A stretch of 64,000 bases of DNA. Source: Vicugna vicugna. Lineage: Eukaryota. The notes below the pieces were generated by a model, which worked only from the letters and a program-made list of their open reading frames with translations, searched no databases and was not told the DNA's origin. The stretch lies in NCBI GenBank assembly GCA_013265495.1, contig MU058451.1, positions 603,023 through 667,022 of the forward strand, in the 5' to 3' direction. Both the position numbers and the translations under genes were made by a program. Each line of letters opens with the position of its first letter. Positions within the stretch are counted from its first letter, which is position 1. Positions 51,641 to 64,000 of this stretch are shown piece by piece.

Positions 51641-52627
51641 AGGGCATGAATAGAGGTGTCCATTTTAGCAATACCTTGTGTCTAGAAAGATCCTGTTTGT
51701 CCTCTCCCTCATACCACAACAGAGTTCCAATCTGACTGCATCTCTCATTTTCCCCTATCTTCCACTTTTGGGTTTGCTCATTACTCTCTTTCTATGAGAC
51801 AATGGTTTACAACCAAAAATTTTCAGGACTGTGAAATCCTTAAGTGGAGAATATTTAGCCATATGGCCTGCCTTGGTGTGAAGGCACGTATTCTGAGCAT
51901 TTTTTTTTTATAACCTATTGACCATTGTGTTCCTTTTTCTGATAACTGCTTGGGGTTTGTGTTTAGTTAGAAAGGTCAGTTTTTCCCACCCCTTGACCCC
52001 TACCCAGATTTTAAGTAAATTCACCCAGATCTTCCACTGGTTTCTTTATGGTCTTATTGAGTCCACATTCTTTAATACTGGCAGCTAATGCAAAAATGGC
52101 GGATTAAACAGAAACTCCAACATTAGCATAGTTGGCGCATTTTTCCTGAAGTAGATTTTTCATATATGTCTTACAGGTCTAAGTCAAATTTTAGAATAGA
52201 AAGAACTTGATTATTTGATTTCTAGACTTGAGTTTTACATATTATTAAACTAAGGGTAGCCTATGAAGGCTGACAAAGTGGAAAGAAAAAAATACAACAT
52301 TAGCTTTTGTCCATGCACGAGGCCCTTCGGGTTGTAGGGCTAGAAGAGGGGGCACTGGTGGGGTGTATTCTCATCTGAGGGGAGCTCTGCATCTACTTGA
52401 TGGCTACAGTGAATACTGGCCACACCAGCCATTGGCTAAAAGATAAACACTTATCTACATAAATTATGTACCATTGAGCTTGTTTGTTCTGAAATGGGGA
52501 AATATGGGGAGATATGGGGAAAATAAGTGTGTTCCTTTTAATGGACATGCTTTTTGACTTTGTGTCGATATAAATGATATCTTCTTTTTTTCTGATGACT
52601 ATATGAAACATTTTTCATGATAGATTT

Positions 52628-52870
52628 ATGTGTATATGATATTTAACAATTTTTATTTTAAAATTTACATGCAGTAAAAGTCACTTTTTTGGTCCACACT
52701 TCTATGCGCTTTGACAAATGTGTAGTTTGTACAGTTACCACCACCAGCAGAATATAGTTCTGTCACCCCCAGAATTTCCCTTGTGCTGTCCCTTAGTGGT
52801 CAACCCTTTCTCCATTTCCAGTTTTAGCAACCAATGATCTGTTATCTGTCTTTGCCTTTTCCAGAATCAG
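52628..52870 (-). mobile_element. Old L1 3' tip (L1MC/MD-like)
   Basis: ttctatgcgctttgacaaatg ... atagttctgtcacccccagaatttccc ... tttgccttttccagaat. Confidence 0.75.
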
Positions 52871-54156
52871 GTACAGCATTTAAAAATGGAAATGGAAAAC
52901 ATGCTAACACATTTCAGTCACCATTCCCCATGAAAATTACTGTACTCTGCCTTCGAGAGACCTAGAAGGATTCTGTTTGAAATTCCATGGACTGTTTCAT
53001 CCCTGCCCAATCTTGGTGGACTCACAAATATTTTCTCACAGAGTAATCTTAGCTCTTTGGTCAAAACATTGTTATTATGCTGTTTTATATAAAAGTTTTT
53101 TTCAGTTAAAGATAATTAATAACAATAGAATAGATTATACTTCCTAATTTGCATTGCCTTTTCAAAAATCTGACATGCCTTTATGACAGTCTGGACTGAA
53201 ACCATACCCATTGCCATGACTTAGGACTTTCTATAGATTGAGTTATACATATATTTAGAATGCCTCCCTTCCGCTCACTTTCTCTTTATCTTCCTGTCTC
53301 TAAACAGCATATATACATTGAAGAAAGGTAGAAAATATTGATGAGCATAGCAGAGTTGGGAGGGAGACCTAATTTAACTAGTATCAGCTCTTGTACAGTA
53401 TGGAAATGGTTAACTGTCTGTGATTGATATCCAGACTTACTTTAGACACCAGAATAATAATTTCTGAAAGGTTGTTGCTTTTTCTTACACTCAAACATGA
53501 CCTTTAACTATTCTGTTTTGATCTTTATCACTTATTTAAAATACCACATCTTATTTATTCTTTTCTTTCTAAGTTTTGCAAAGGCCCTTGGCCAAAAGCA
53601 ATAATATGCTGACATAACCTGAACTGATTTGACTATTTGAATTAGTTTGAATCCAAAAAATAGAAAGTTATACAAATAATTTGTTCCAGAGTTAAAAGGA
53701 AATTATTGTTTCAGAGAATTGAGTAACTGAAAATTGACTTTTTATGATGATTGTCTTGTGCTATTATGCATAATTTTCTCTTAATTCTTTGGAACATTAC
53801 TAAATTAATCTCTGGAGGTCTTGTTCAAGTTAAACTTATATTTTTTTGTACATGGACAAGGTCCATTTTTTAAAAGTTTTCTGTGGCATTGAAATTAACA
53901 TAAACTGTGTCCTACATGTCTTGCACGGAGACTACTTCAATGAGGAGTAATTAATTCATGCATTCATACAGTAAACTTTTACTGAATATGTTTACTGCAT
54001 CAGAATCAATGCTAGATACTGGGAATATAGAAAGGAGATTTCATTCTTTGCTCATAATAACACTAACAATCCTCAAAAATGTCTTTTAAATCCATCTTTC
54101 TTTCCTTCATCAATCACATCTAATCCATCACAAGTTCTGTCAGTATAACTCTATCT

Positions 54157-54295
54157 GTGGTTCTCAACATTGTCTGTGCAGGTTAAATCTTACCAGGGAG
54201 CGTTCAAAAAATACTGATGCCTGGGTTCCACCTCCAGATAACTAACTTGGAAAATGCAGGTGATTCCAATGTGTAGCCAAGAAAGAGAACCATTG
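54157..54295. mobile_element. MER5A-like hAT MITE
   Basis: tgtggttctcaac ... aaaatactgatgcctgggttccacctccaga ... caggtgattccaatgtgtagcca ... gagaaccattg. Confidence 0.8.
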
Positions 54296-54303
54296 CTCTA
54301 GGT

Positions 54304-54631
54304 CAGGAGTTGGCAACTTTTCCTGTAAGGGAATAGATAGTAAATATTTTAGGCTGTGGGGCCATATGGTCCTTGTTGCTACTACTCAACTCTGCCATCA
54401 TAGCACAAAATTAGTCACAGAAAATATGTAAACAAGGGAGTGTGACTGTGTATCAATGAAACTTTATTTGTGGACACTAGTTTTGGATTTCATATAATTT
54501 TTTTGTGCCATGAAATACTATTCTTGATTTTTCAACCATTTAAAAATGTAAAAAGCATTCTTAGCTTATGGGCTATACAAAAACAAGAAATGGGTCAGAT
54601 TTGGCCCCTGGCTGTAATTTGCTAACCCCTG
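54304..54631 (-). mobile_element. MER58B-like hAT MITE (strand given relative to the Cheshire-like copy)
   Basis: TIRs caggagttggcaac / tttgctaacccctg; flanks ctctaggt / ctttagaa resemble the NTCTAGAN target. Confidence 0.9.
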
Positions 54632-54639
54632 CTTTAGAA

Positions 54640-54785
54640 CAGCTCAGAAACCTAGGTGCTCATCAAAATTATCTATGATGTTTAGAAGAGAGCCTGGTCT
54701 TGTCCCTGCAGATTCTGATTGAGGAGGTCTGCATGGGACCAGGGGATTCTATTGTACAAGCAGGGTTTAAGAATCTTTGTTCTGA
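54640..54785. mobile_element. MER5-like hAT MITE, degraded
   Basis: cagattctgattgaggaggtctgcatgggaccagggattctat. Confidence 0.55.
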
Positions 54786-54789
54786 AGAT

Positions 54790-55412
54790 GTTTTGAGTCT
54801 TTCTTCTCTTCCAAATCCCAAATACCATTTCTCCCTTTCAGGTCTTCATTATCTTGCACCTGCAGTTTGGTGATAGCCTCTACCCATGTTTCCAGTCTAG
54901 ACTCTCACTAATCAGTCTTCTGTACTTCCACATTTCATATCTTGCTTCAAACCTTCCAATGGCTTCCATTGCCTACAGGACAATGTTCATATTCTTTAAC
55001 AAGTCAGACAATAGTTTTTATAATCTGGCTTTTGCCTATGAACTAGTCTTCACAAACTCTAGTTTCTTGGCAAAACAGGCTCCTTATGGTCCATACTATG
55101 TTCTCTCTTATTTGTATGCCTGGGCTCATGTTGGTTCCCCTGTCTGTAAAGCTCTTTTCTGCTGGCAAATATCTACTTGTCTGTCAGGGTACTGGGGCAT
55201 TCTTTACCTCCTCTGTCTTCATGTCTGGACTGGATGTCTGGATTAGATGACCCTCCCATGAGTGCCCATAGCCCATTTCTTTACCTTTTGTATAACATGT
55301 ATCACATGACACTGAAACAATGTGTTTACAAATGAATTATATGAAATTATATAAATCATTATAACATAGCACTGAGTTCAATACTTGATATGTAGTTGCT
55401 GCTCAATAAATG
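54790..55412 (+). mobile_element. L2 3' region
   Basis: aaaccttccaatggcttccattgcctacagga ... gtagttgctgctcaataaatgc. Confidence 0.75.
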
Positions 55413-55419
55413 CTTATTG

Positions 55420-55570
55420 ACCTGAATCCTGTAAAGAAAGCAGAGCAGGTAGTATTTTCTCCATTGTTCAGACAAGAGAACTGAGGCTCTGAGGCAATGA
55501 ATGACTTCCTCAGGTTTTGCCCAACTACTAAGTCAGGGAGCCAAGAACAAATTTCTAGTTTCTTATTGCC
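55420..55570 (-). mobile_element. MIR SINE
   Basis: cagacaagagaactgaggctctgaggcaatgaatgacttcctcagg. Confidence 0.75.
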
Positions 55571-55932
55571 AGCTGCAGGCTTTCTCCCTCCCTCCCTCCA
55601 TTCCTCCCACATACAGCTGCAAGCCATCTGTGAAGTGCTATAGTTACATGTTGTTGTCAAAGGAGCACTAAACTGGGAGTTAGGAAATCTGACCCCAAAT
55701 CTCAAATTTGGGTTATGAACCCCATTTTTCTAATCTGCAGATGAGTAGATTCCATTGGATTTTTAAGATTGTTCTCAATTCTTAAGAAGTTCTGTCAAGC
55801 AGTTATTTTTACTTAATTTATTTATTTTCAACCCCATTTATTTGTAGAACCTGAGATAAAATTAAAACACACAAATGTTAAATAATTTGTTCAGAGACTC
55901 CCTGTAAACTAGTGATAGAACAGGAAATGAGC

Positions 55933-56520
55933 CTGTTACTTTTCTTTTGCTGCTGTGTTATATTACCACAAATTTAGTAGTTTAAAACAACACACCTTTA
56001 TTATTTCACAGTTATATGGGGCAGAAGTCTGGGTGGCCCAGCTGGCTTCTCTGTTTAATCTCTCACAAAGCTGAAATAAAACTGTCAGTTGGACTGGCAC
56101 TTATCTGGAAGCTCTAGGAAAACTGGCAGAATTCAGTTCCGTGTGGTTGTAGGACTGATGTCTCTGTTTCCTTGCTGACTGTCAGCTGGAGGCCTTTCTC
56201 AGCTTCTGGAGGCTGAGACTCATATTCTTTGGTTTGTGGCTTTCTTTCTTCATCTTCAAAATCAGCAACCAGGATATACTCACTGACCTTCTGTTCCATC
56301 TCTTCTGAGTCTCTGCTTTCTTCTTTTGCTTTGAAGGGCTTGTGTGAGTATATTGTGCCTACCTGGTTAATCCAGGATAATCTCCCCCTATTAAGGTCTG
56401 GTAATTAGTAACCTTAATTACATCTGCAGTGTCTTTTCACAGCACTGCTTAGATTAGTGTTAGGTTGCATAGCCAGGAGATGAGAATCTTGGGGGATATC
56501 TTTAGAATTATGCCTAACAC
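55933..56520 (-). mobile_element. MLT1E/F-like solo LTR
   Basis: ttaccacaaatttagtagtttaaaacaacac ... ggttgtaggactga ... taatccaggataatctccc ... gggggatatctttagaattatgcctaacaca. Confidence 0.88.
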
Positions 56521-57948
56521 AAATCCCCAGCTACCTGATTTTTAAGCAAAGGTGCTGGACCTCATTACTTATTTCCTAATACAAGTTTGTTTTTCTTGGT
56601 ACTAAATCATTTTTAACATCTCACTTATTCATGTAACTTAGTTACAGACACTCCTCTTCCCTGACCCCAGCTCACACATACCTAATATATAATACAAATT
56701 TAGTATATATTTTTGGTAGAGCAATTTTCAGAGCCATCTATCTGTTAATTCATCAAATATTTATTAAAAATATACTTTGTGTCAGTAACACTAGTTCTAA
56801 GTGATGAGGATACAGTCATGTAAAAGTTGGAAACTACACACCCAAACCACATTCTTTTATTTGTTTATCACATATCTATCTAGCACTTATGTGTCAGGGA
56901 CTCTTCTAGGTTCTGGGGATACAGTAGTGAAATAAGACATTGCTCTCATGGAGTGTCTATCATAAGTGAGAAGTCAGAAACTAAACAGATGATCAAATGA
57001 ATAGATAATATATTGTTGGGTGGTTATTAGTGCCATGAGGAAAATTAAAACAGGATAGAAAGTAATAAGGTGGGGAAGAAAGGAGCTGTTGGGTATTATT
57101 TTAGATGGGGTAGTCAGGAAAGGCTTCTTTTAGGTAAGGACTTGAGTAAAATTTGAAAAATACAACTAGGAAGACAGAAAAATAGATCAATGGTGATTAC
57201 AGTGAGATAAATGCTGTGAGAGCAGTGAACACATACATGGGAGGTTAAGAGCATACAGAGGACTAGCACCTAAGTCAGAGGCTGGAGAAGCCTGGAGGAG
57301 GAGTTGATATCCAAGTCAATGCTTGAAAGATGGGTATGAACAAGTAAGACACTCAGATGGGGAAGGGTGTTGAAGGCAGCGTGAGCAGCATGTGGGAAAA
57401 CATGTATGTTATGAGAGGCAGAAAGGAAACTGCATGTAGTTCAGAATGGCTGTGCTTTGAGTTTGGGGAGGGGAGAAATAATGGGAGAGATGAAGGCTGG
57501 GTTAAATATTAAAAGATTTTGTGTACTCTGCTTAGAAGTTTTACATAGAAGGCTACTTGGAAACATTTTGAGCCCAAATGTGACAGAATCTGATTTATAG
57601 TTTTATAGCATCACTAGAAGTGGTGTGAAATATGAATATGAAAAGGGCATGACTAGAGGAAGAGAGAAGAGCTAGAGCCATACTACATAAAAACTAGACT
57701 GAGGTGGCTCTGGTGGGGACAAAAGGAGGGGGCAGAATCTAGAGATAATATAGGTGGAAATCTTCTGAATGTGGATGGTGAGAGGAACAGAATCAAGTGT
57801 TGGCCATAGTTGACTGGGTATAGCAATTCATAGAGATAGGAAATACTGGAGGAAGAATAGATTTGGGGTACAAGCTTAGGAGTTCAGATTTTGACATATT
57901 GAATCTGGGTTCCCAAGGGATAGTTAAATGGATATTTTTAACAGGCAA

Positions 57949-59861
57949 TTTGTTTTCTTTTTAAAAATTCTTATTTTTTATTTAAATGTAGTCAATTTAC
58001 AATGTTAGTTTCATGTGTACAGCAAAGTGATTCAGTTATACATATACATACATACATAATTTTTTTTGATTCTTTCCATTACAGCTCATTACAAGAAATG
58101 GAATATAGTTCCCTGTGCTAAACACTAGGTCCTTGTTCTTTATCTACTTTATATATAGTAATGTGCATCTATTAATCCCTAACTCCTAATATATGCCTCC
58201 CTGCCCCTTTCCCCTCTGGTAACCATAGTTTGTCTTCTATGTCCATGAGTCTGTTTCTGGTTTGTAAGTAAAATTTGTATCTTTTTTTTAAATTGCACAT
58301 ATAAGTGACATAATACAATATTTGTCTTTCTCTATCTGACATACTTCACTTAATATGATGATCTCTAGTTCCATCAATGTTGCTGCAAATGGCATTATTT
58401 CATTCTTTTTTATAACTGAGTAATATTCCATTGTATATACCACATGTTCTTTATCCATTCATCTGTCAATGGACATTTAGTTTGTTTCCATGTATTGCCT
58501 ATTGTAAATAGTGCTGCTGTGAACAATGGGGTGCATATATCTTTTTGAATTAGAATTTTCTCCAGACATCTACCCCAGAATGGGATTGCTGAATCATATG
58601 GTAACTCTATTTTTAGCTTTTTAAGGAACCTCCATGCTATCCTCCATAGTGGCTTCACCAATTTACATTCCCACCAACAGTGCAAGAGGGTTCTCCACAC
58701 CCTCTGCAGCATTTATTATTTGTAGACTTTTTAATAATGGCCATTCTGACTGGTGTGAGGTGATGCCTCATTGTAGTTTAGATTAGCATTTCTCTAATAA
58801 TTAGCAATATTGAGCCTCTTTTCTTGTGCCTGTTTGTCATCAGGATGTCTTCATTAGAGAAATGTCTGTTTAGGTTTTCTGCCCATTTTTTGATTGGGTT
58901 GCTTGTTTGTTTGTTCAAAATTAAGCTGTATGAGCTATTTGTATATTTTGGAAATTAGTCCTTTGTTGGTTGCATCATTTGCAAATATTTTCTCCCATTC
59001 TGTAGGTTGTCTTTTCATTTTGTTGATGGTATCTGTAGCTGTGCAAAAGCTTTTAAGTTTAATTAGGTCCCATTTGTTTATTTTTGCTTTTATTTGGATT
59101 ACTCTAGGAGCTGGTTTGAAGAAAATATTGCTGCAATTTATGTCAAAGAGTGTTCTGCCTATGTTTTCCTCTAAGAGTTTTATAGTATCCGGTCTTAACA
59201 TTTAGGTCTTTAATCCATTTGAGTTTATTTTTATATATGGTGTTAGAGAATGTTCTAATTTAATTCTTTTACACGTAGCTGTCCAGTTTTCCCAGCACCT
59301 CTTATTGAAGAGACTGTCTTTTCTCCATTGTATATTGTTGTCTCTTTGTCATAGATTAATTGACCATAAGCACGTGGGTTTACTTCTGGACTTTCTATCC
59401 TGTTTCATTGATCTATGTGTCTGTTTTTGTGCCACTAACACAATATTTTGATTACTGTAGTTCTGTAGTATAGTCTGGAACCAGGGGGCATGATTCCCCC
59501 AGCTCCTTTCTTCTTTCTCAAGATTGTTTTGACTATTCGGGGGTCTTCTGTGTTTCCACACAAATTCTAACATTTTTTTGTTCCAGTTCTGTGAAAAATA
59601 TCATTAGTAATTTAATTGGGATTGCACTGAACCTTGTATATGGCCATTTTAATGATATTGATTCTTCCAATCCAAGAACACAGTATATCTTTCCATCTGT
59701 TTGTGTCATCTTCTGTTTCTTTCATGAGGATCTTATAGTTTTTGGAATACAGATTCTTTGCCTCCTTAGGTAGGTTTATTCCTAGGTATTTTATTCTTTT
59801 TGATGCGATGGCAAATGGGATTGTTTCCTTAACTTCCTTTTCTGGTATTTCATTGTTAGTG
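57949..59861 (-). mobile_element. 5'-truncated L1 (about 1.9 kb, ORF2 C-terminal part plus 3'UTR)
   Basis: ORFs 58410-58712 (HCWWECKLV...WRFLKKL), 58935-59201 and 59612-59917 ([10 protein letters not shown]...CSWIGRINI) are L1 ORF2p fragments. Confidence 0.95.
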
Positions 59862-59960
59862 TTCTTCTTCTTCTTTTTTTTTAATGGAGGTACTGGGGAT
59901 TTAACCCAGGACCTCATGCATGCTAAACATGTGCTCTACCACCAAACTATACCCCCTCCC
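59862..59960 (-). mobile_element. tRNA-derived SINE (Vic-1-like)
   Basis: Reverse complement gggagggggtatagtttggtggtagagcacatg ... ctgggttaaatccccagtacctccatt plus A/GAA tail; homologous to 6625-6726. Confidence 0.9.
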
Positions 59961-60417
59961 GCCAACAGGCAACATAATATTCTTGTTTGGAGCTCAGACT
60001 GGAGAAATTAAAGACCATATTGATGGTACTTGAAACCACAGACATGAATGAGATCATCCAGGGAAAATGCATAGAACGGGAAGAGAAAATGGGCTTAAGA
60101 GAGGGGAAAAAAGAGCCTGCAAAGGAAACTAAGAAGGATTGGCTTGAAGTAAGTAATGTCACAGAAGCGAGGAGAGTTTCAAGAATTCTTTCTTTTTAAT
60201 ACCTTAAAAAGTCTACTACATCTTTTGAAGTGACAAAGTAATTAAACAACAAAGATTAGGTAGTTAAATTCCAGTAACAAGGAGTACCAACCTTGCCCTG
60301 ATTCCTCTTTCCATTTCCCCCACAAATACATAAACCAGTGGAAAGTTTTGTAGCACAAGTGAAAAAAAAAAAAAGAACCCATGGAAAATTTAAAATCACC
60401 AAAATGAATGGTCTATC

Positions 60418-60612
60418 AGAATGTTTTCAAAACAGTGATGGAGGATCCATTGCATCACAACCAGTTGAAGTAATGTGTGAAAAATGAAAATTCCTAGTCT
60501 CCATCCCAAATAGTAACTACTGAGTTAGAATTTCTGCAGAGAACAAGAAACATGCACTTTAAACAAGTTCCCCAAATGACTTTTATGTACACTTTGAATT
60601 GAGAACTACTCA
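60418..60612. mobile_element. MER5B-like hAT MITE
   Basis: aaattcctagtctccatccc ... ctactgagttagaatttctg ... tttaaacaagttccccaaatgacttttatgtacac ... tgagaactact. Confidence 0.75.
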
Positions 60613-60949
60613 GGTTTAAGAAACATAGCAATTTAAAAAATGTTAAAAATCTATTCTCAGACAGTAGGACAAATAAAATAGATATTAAAGTTGACTTGAA
60701 TAAAATAAAAGGTATTACTAAATAGTGAAAACTGCAGTTGGTAATTAGAAATATTGAAGAGGGTCAGTGAAGCAGATTATAAATCAGTATATAATAATAC
60801 ACCCATCAGATTTATATACATAATAACAACATATTTCTAAAAGAAGGAAAATGACATGGAATTTATGATAAAGAAAAACTTAATAGAGAAAAATTCCAGT
60901 AATTAGAAAATTATTAACTAGAAATAGAAAGGAGTCATAGAGTCTTAAT

Positions 60950-62660
60950 ATTTTTAAATGCATTTTAATTGAATTCAACATACATAAAAGTACACTAATC
61001 ATAAATACACAGTTCAATGAATTGTTGCAAAGTGAGCATATCTGTGTCACTATAACCCAGATCAAGGAAGAGAGTATTACCAATCCCTTCCAAAAGTCTA
61101 CCTAGGTCCCTCCCCAATGACTAGCCTCTCTCCACCCCTAAGGTAATTACCTTGACTTCCAATAACATGGGTTATTTTGCTCATTTTGGAACTTTATATA
61201 GCTTGGATCATATAGTATGTGTTCTTTTATCATATATTCTTTTATGTCTGGTTTCCTACATTCAGTGTTATGTTTCAGCTTTATCTATGTTATGTGTAGT
61301 AGTAATTCTCTCATTTTCATAGCCAATAGTATTCCTTGTCTCAGTATACCATAATTTATGATATTGTTGATAGACATGTGAGTTGTTCACAGTTTTGAAA
61401 ACTATTATGCTATGAACATTTAAAGACATCTTTTGGTGACCCAGTATCATTCACCATCCATTCTTCACTCCATCACAATGCCATTTTTGACAAATCAAGT
61501 GATCATGTGTGTATAGGTCTGTTTCTGTATTCTCTATTCTGTTCCATTGATCTGTTTTTGAGCCACTTGCATGGGAGACTGCCTGGGAAACTATGTTCTG
61601 TAGACTTAAAAAAAGCCCTAACTACTCTAACTTAATTACTGTAACTTTATAATAACTCTTGATATTTGCTAGTATAAGTTCTCCAACTTTGCTTTCCTTC
61701 TTTAAGACTATCTTGGCTATTTTTGGATCTTGTCTAAAAATTTTAGAATTGGTTTAATAACCAATGAACAGAATATATCCCTCCATTTATTTAGATTTTC
61801 CTTAATTTTCTTCAGTAATGTTCTGCAGTTTTCTGTGAGGGGTTTGTATATCTTTCATGAGACTTGTTCCTAGGTATCTGATATTTTTGATACTAATGTA
61901 AATGGTATTATTAAAACTTTTTTATTTTATAGTCGTTTATTGCTGATCTACTGACACGCTGTTTATTTGTTGCCCTATTGTCCAGGAGTCTTGCTAAATC
62001 CTCTAGTTCATTCTAATAGTTTATCTATAACTTCTTTGGGATTTTTTTATTTATACAATAATGTCATCTGTAAATAATGAAAGTTTTCTTTCTTTCCCAT
62101 TGTAGAACTTTTATTTATTTATTTTTATCTTATTTACTTTGGCTAGGATTTAAATATATTGTTAAATAAAAGTGATGTCAGAGGGCTCTCTTATCTAGAT
62201 ATCAAAGGGAGATTTCCAACTTTTCACCATCAAAGATTGTATTTGTTACAGTTTTTTTTTGAAGTAAAGTAGACATACTTTATCAGATTAAGAAAGTTTT
62301 CTTCTATTTTCAGTTTGCTGAGAGGTTTGGAATTTTATCAGATTTTCCTTTGTACATTTATTTAGAGAATTATGTTTCTTTTTCTTCTTTTATTCTTTTA
62401 ATGTGAGAAATTACATTGATTGATTTTCAAATGTTAATCCATATTTGAATTCCTGAAATAAAACCAATTTTGCCATGATATAACATTTTTTATATATTGC
62501 TAGCTTCAGTTGCATATACATACCTATATATTTATATAGTATATATATTATGTTTTACCATAAACATAAAAATATATAACACAATATTTATATACATTTA
62601 GGCTTTTTTGCATCTATGTTCATGAAAGAGATTGGACTATAATTTTTCTTTCCTTCAAAC
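60950..62660 (-). mobile_element. Old L1 (L1ME-like) 3' region with deletions
   Basis: tacacagttcaatgaattgttgcaaagtg; ttattcc-like ttgttcctaggtatctgat; atcagattaagaaagttttcttctatt. Confidence 0.8.
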
Positions 62661-62674
62661 ACTCAGTTCTTTCT

Positions 62675-63524
62675 TCTAGTTTTATTGAGATATGACTGAT
62701 ATACAGCACTATATAAGTTGAAGGTGTACAGCATAATGATTTGACTTATATATACCATGAAATGATAATCACTGTAAGTTTAGTGAATCATCTCATACAG
62801 ATACAAAATTAAAGTAATAGAAAAAAACTTTTCCTTATGGTGAGAAATCAGGATTTGCTCTTAACAACTTTCATATATAACATAAAGCAGAGTTAATTAT
62901 ATTTATCATGTTGTACATTACATCCCTAGTATTTATTTATCTTATAACTGGAAGTTTGTACCTTTTGACTGCCTTTATCCAATTCCCCCTCCCCTGACTT
63001 CTTCCTCCGGTAACCACAAATTTGATCTCTTTTTCTGTGAGTTTGTTTGTTTTTGAATTATGATTGACCTAAGAACAGTATGTTAGTTCCTGTTACACAA
63101 CATAGTGATATGATATTTTACACATTTCAATATGATCATCATGATAAATCTAGTTACAATATGTCACCATACAAATAATATTATTTAGTTATTGACTATA
63201 TTCCCCATACTGTATATTTCATACCTATGACTCATTTATTTTGCAACTGGAAATTTGTATCTCTTAATCTCCATTACTTATTTCTTTCCTCCCTCAACTC
63301 ACTCCCCTCTGCCAACCACCTGTTTGTTCTCTGTATCTATAACTGTTTCAGTTTTGTTATGTTTGCTCACTTGTTTTGATTTTTATATTCCACACGTAAG
63401 TATAATCATACAGTATTTGTATTTCTCGGTCTGACTTATTTCATATAGCATAATACCCTCCAGGTCCATCCATGTTGTCTCAAATGGCAAGACTTCATTC
63501 TTTTTTATGGCTGAGTAATATTCC

Positions 63525-63569
<45 letters not shown>

Positions 63570-64000
63570 CATTATATATAAATATCTATATAAATAAATA
63601 TATGTATGTATCACATCTTCTTTATTCATTCATCTAGTAATAAGCACTTAGGTTCCTTGGATATCTTGTCTATTGTAAATAATGCTGCAGTGATCATAGG
63701 GGTGGATGTATTTTTTGGAATTGGTGCTTTCGTTTTCTTCAAATAAATACCCAGGAGTGGAATTGCTGGATCATATGATAGTTCTATTTTTAATTTCTTG
63801 AGGAAACTTCATATTATTTTCCGTTGCAACTGTACCAGTTTACATTCCCACCAACAGTGCACGAGTTTCCTTTTCTCCACATCTTTACCAAAATTTATTT
63901 ATTTTTAAATAATAGCTATTCTCACAGGTATGAGGTATTATCCCAGTGTGGTTTTGACTTGCATTGCCCTGATAGTTAGTGATATTGAGCATCTTTTCAT
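62675..64000 (-). mobile_element. L1MA8/9-like 3' region running off the window end
   Basis: ORF 63383-63565 (EYYSAIKKNEVLPFETTWMDLEGIML) is the ORF2 C-terminus; long 3'UTR; (CA)n at about 63528-63567. Confidence 0.92.

Larger units (their letters stand above)
56855..60185 (-). mobile_element. Long L2 region interrupted by the L1+SINE composite at 57949-59963
   Basis: ggggatacagtagtgaaataagac ... gagttcagattttgacatattgaat; resumes tttggagctcag ... gatgagatcatccaggga-like sequence after 59973. Confidence 0.75.

Noticed and set aside
52338..52358. Second CTCF-like motif (agaagagggggcact)
   Set aside because: Only the 3' half matches; the 5' CCAS/C positions do not.
54854..55246. 130-aa ORF
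   Set aside because: Lies within a decayed L2; no recognisable domain or splice context.
1..64000. Naming the host gene or exact species
   Set aside because: No exon is recognisable; the camelid assignment rests only on repeat family resemblance.

Overview
AT-rich, CpG-depleted mammalian non-coding DNA. The tRNA-derived SINEs and the young L1 3' ends resemble camelid families, so an alpaca or camel origin is likely (inference). I find no credible protein-coding exon: the listed ORFs are decayed transposon frames or chance ORFs. A large part of the window is interspersed repeat: L1 of several ages, L2, L3/CR1, MIR, MLT1 LTRs, and hAT and Tigger DNA transposons. L1s and LTRs are strongly biased to the - strand, suggesting a large intron of a + strand gene that I cannot name. 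Most notable structures: a TSD-flanked, tail-less retrocopy of a tRNA-Glu 5' half (22373-22411); a SINE+L1 composite inside one TSD (57940-59972); two different L1 3' ends inside one TSD (14943-15931); a long Cheshire-type hAT transposase fossil with nested insertions (14851-18848); and a near-perfect ~417-bp tandem duplication (23442-24276). I see no evidence of a wholly new biological system; these are unusual instances of known retrotransposition and rearrangement mechanisms. Repeat subfamily names come from recalled consensus sequences, and most boundaries without TSDs are approximate.
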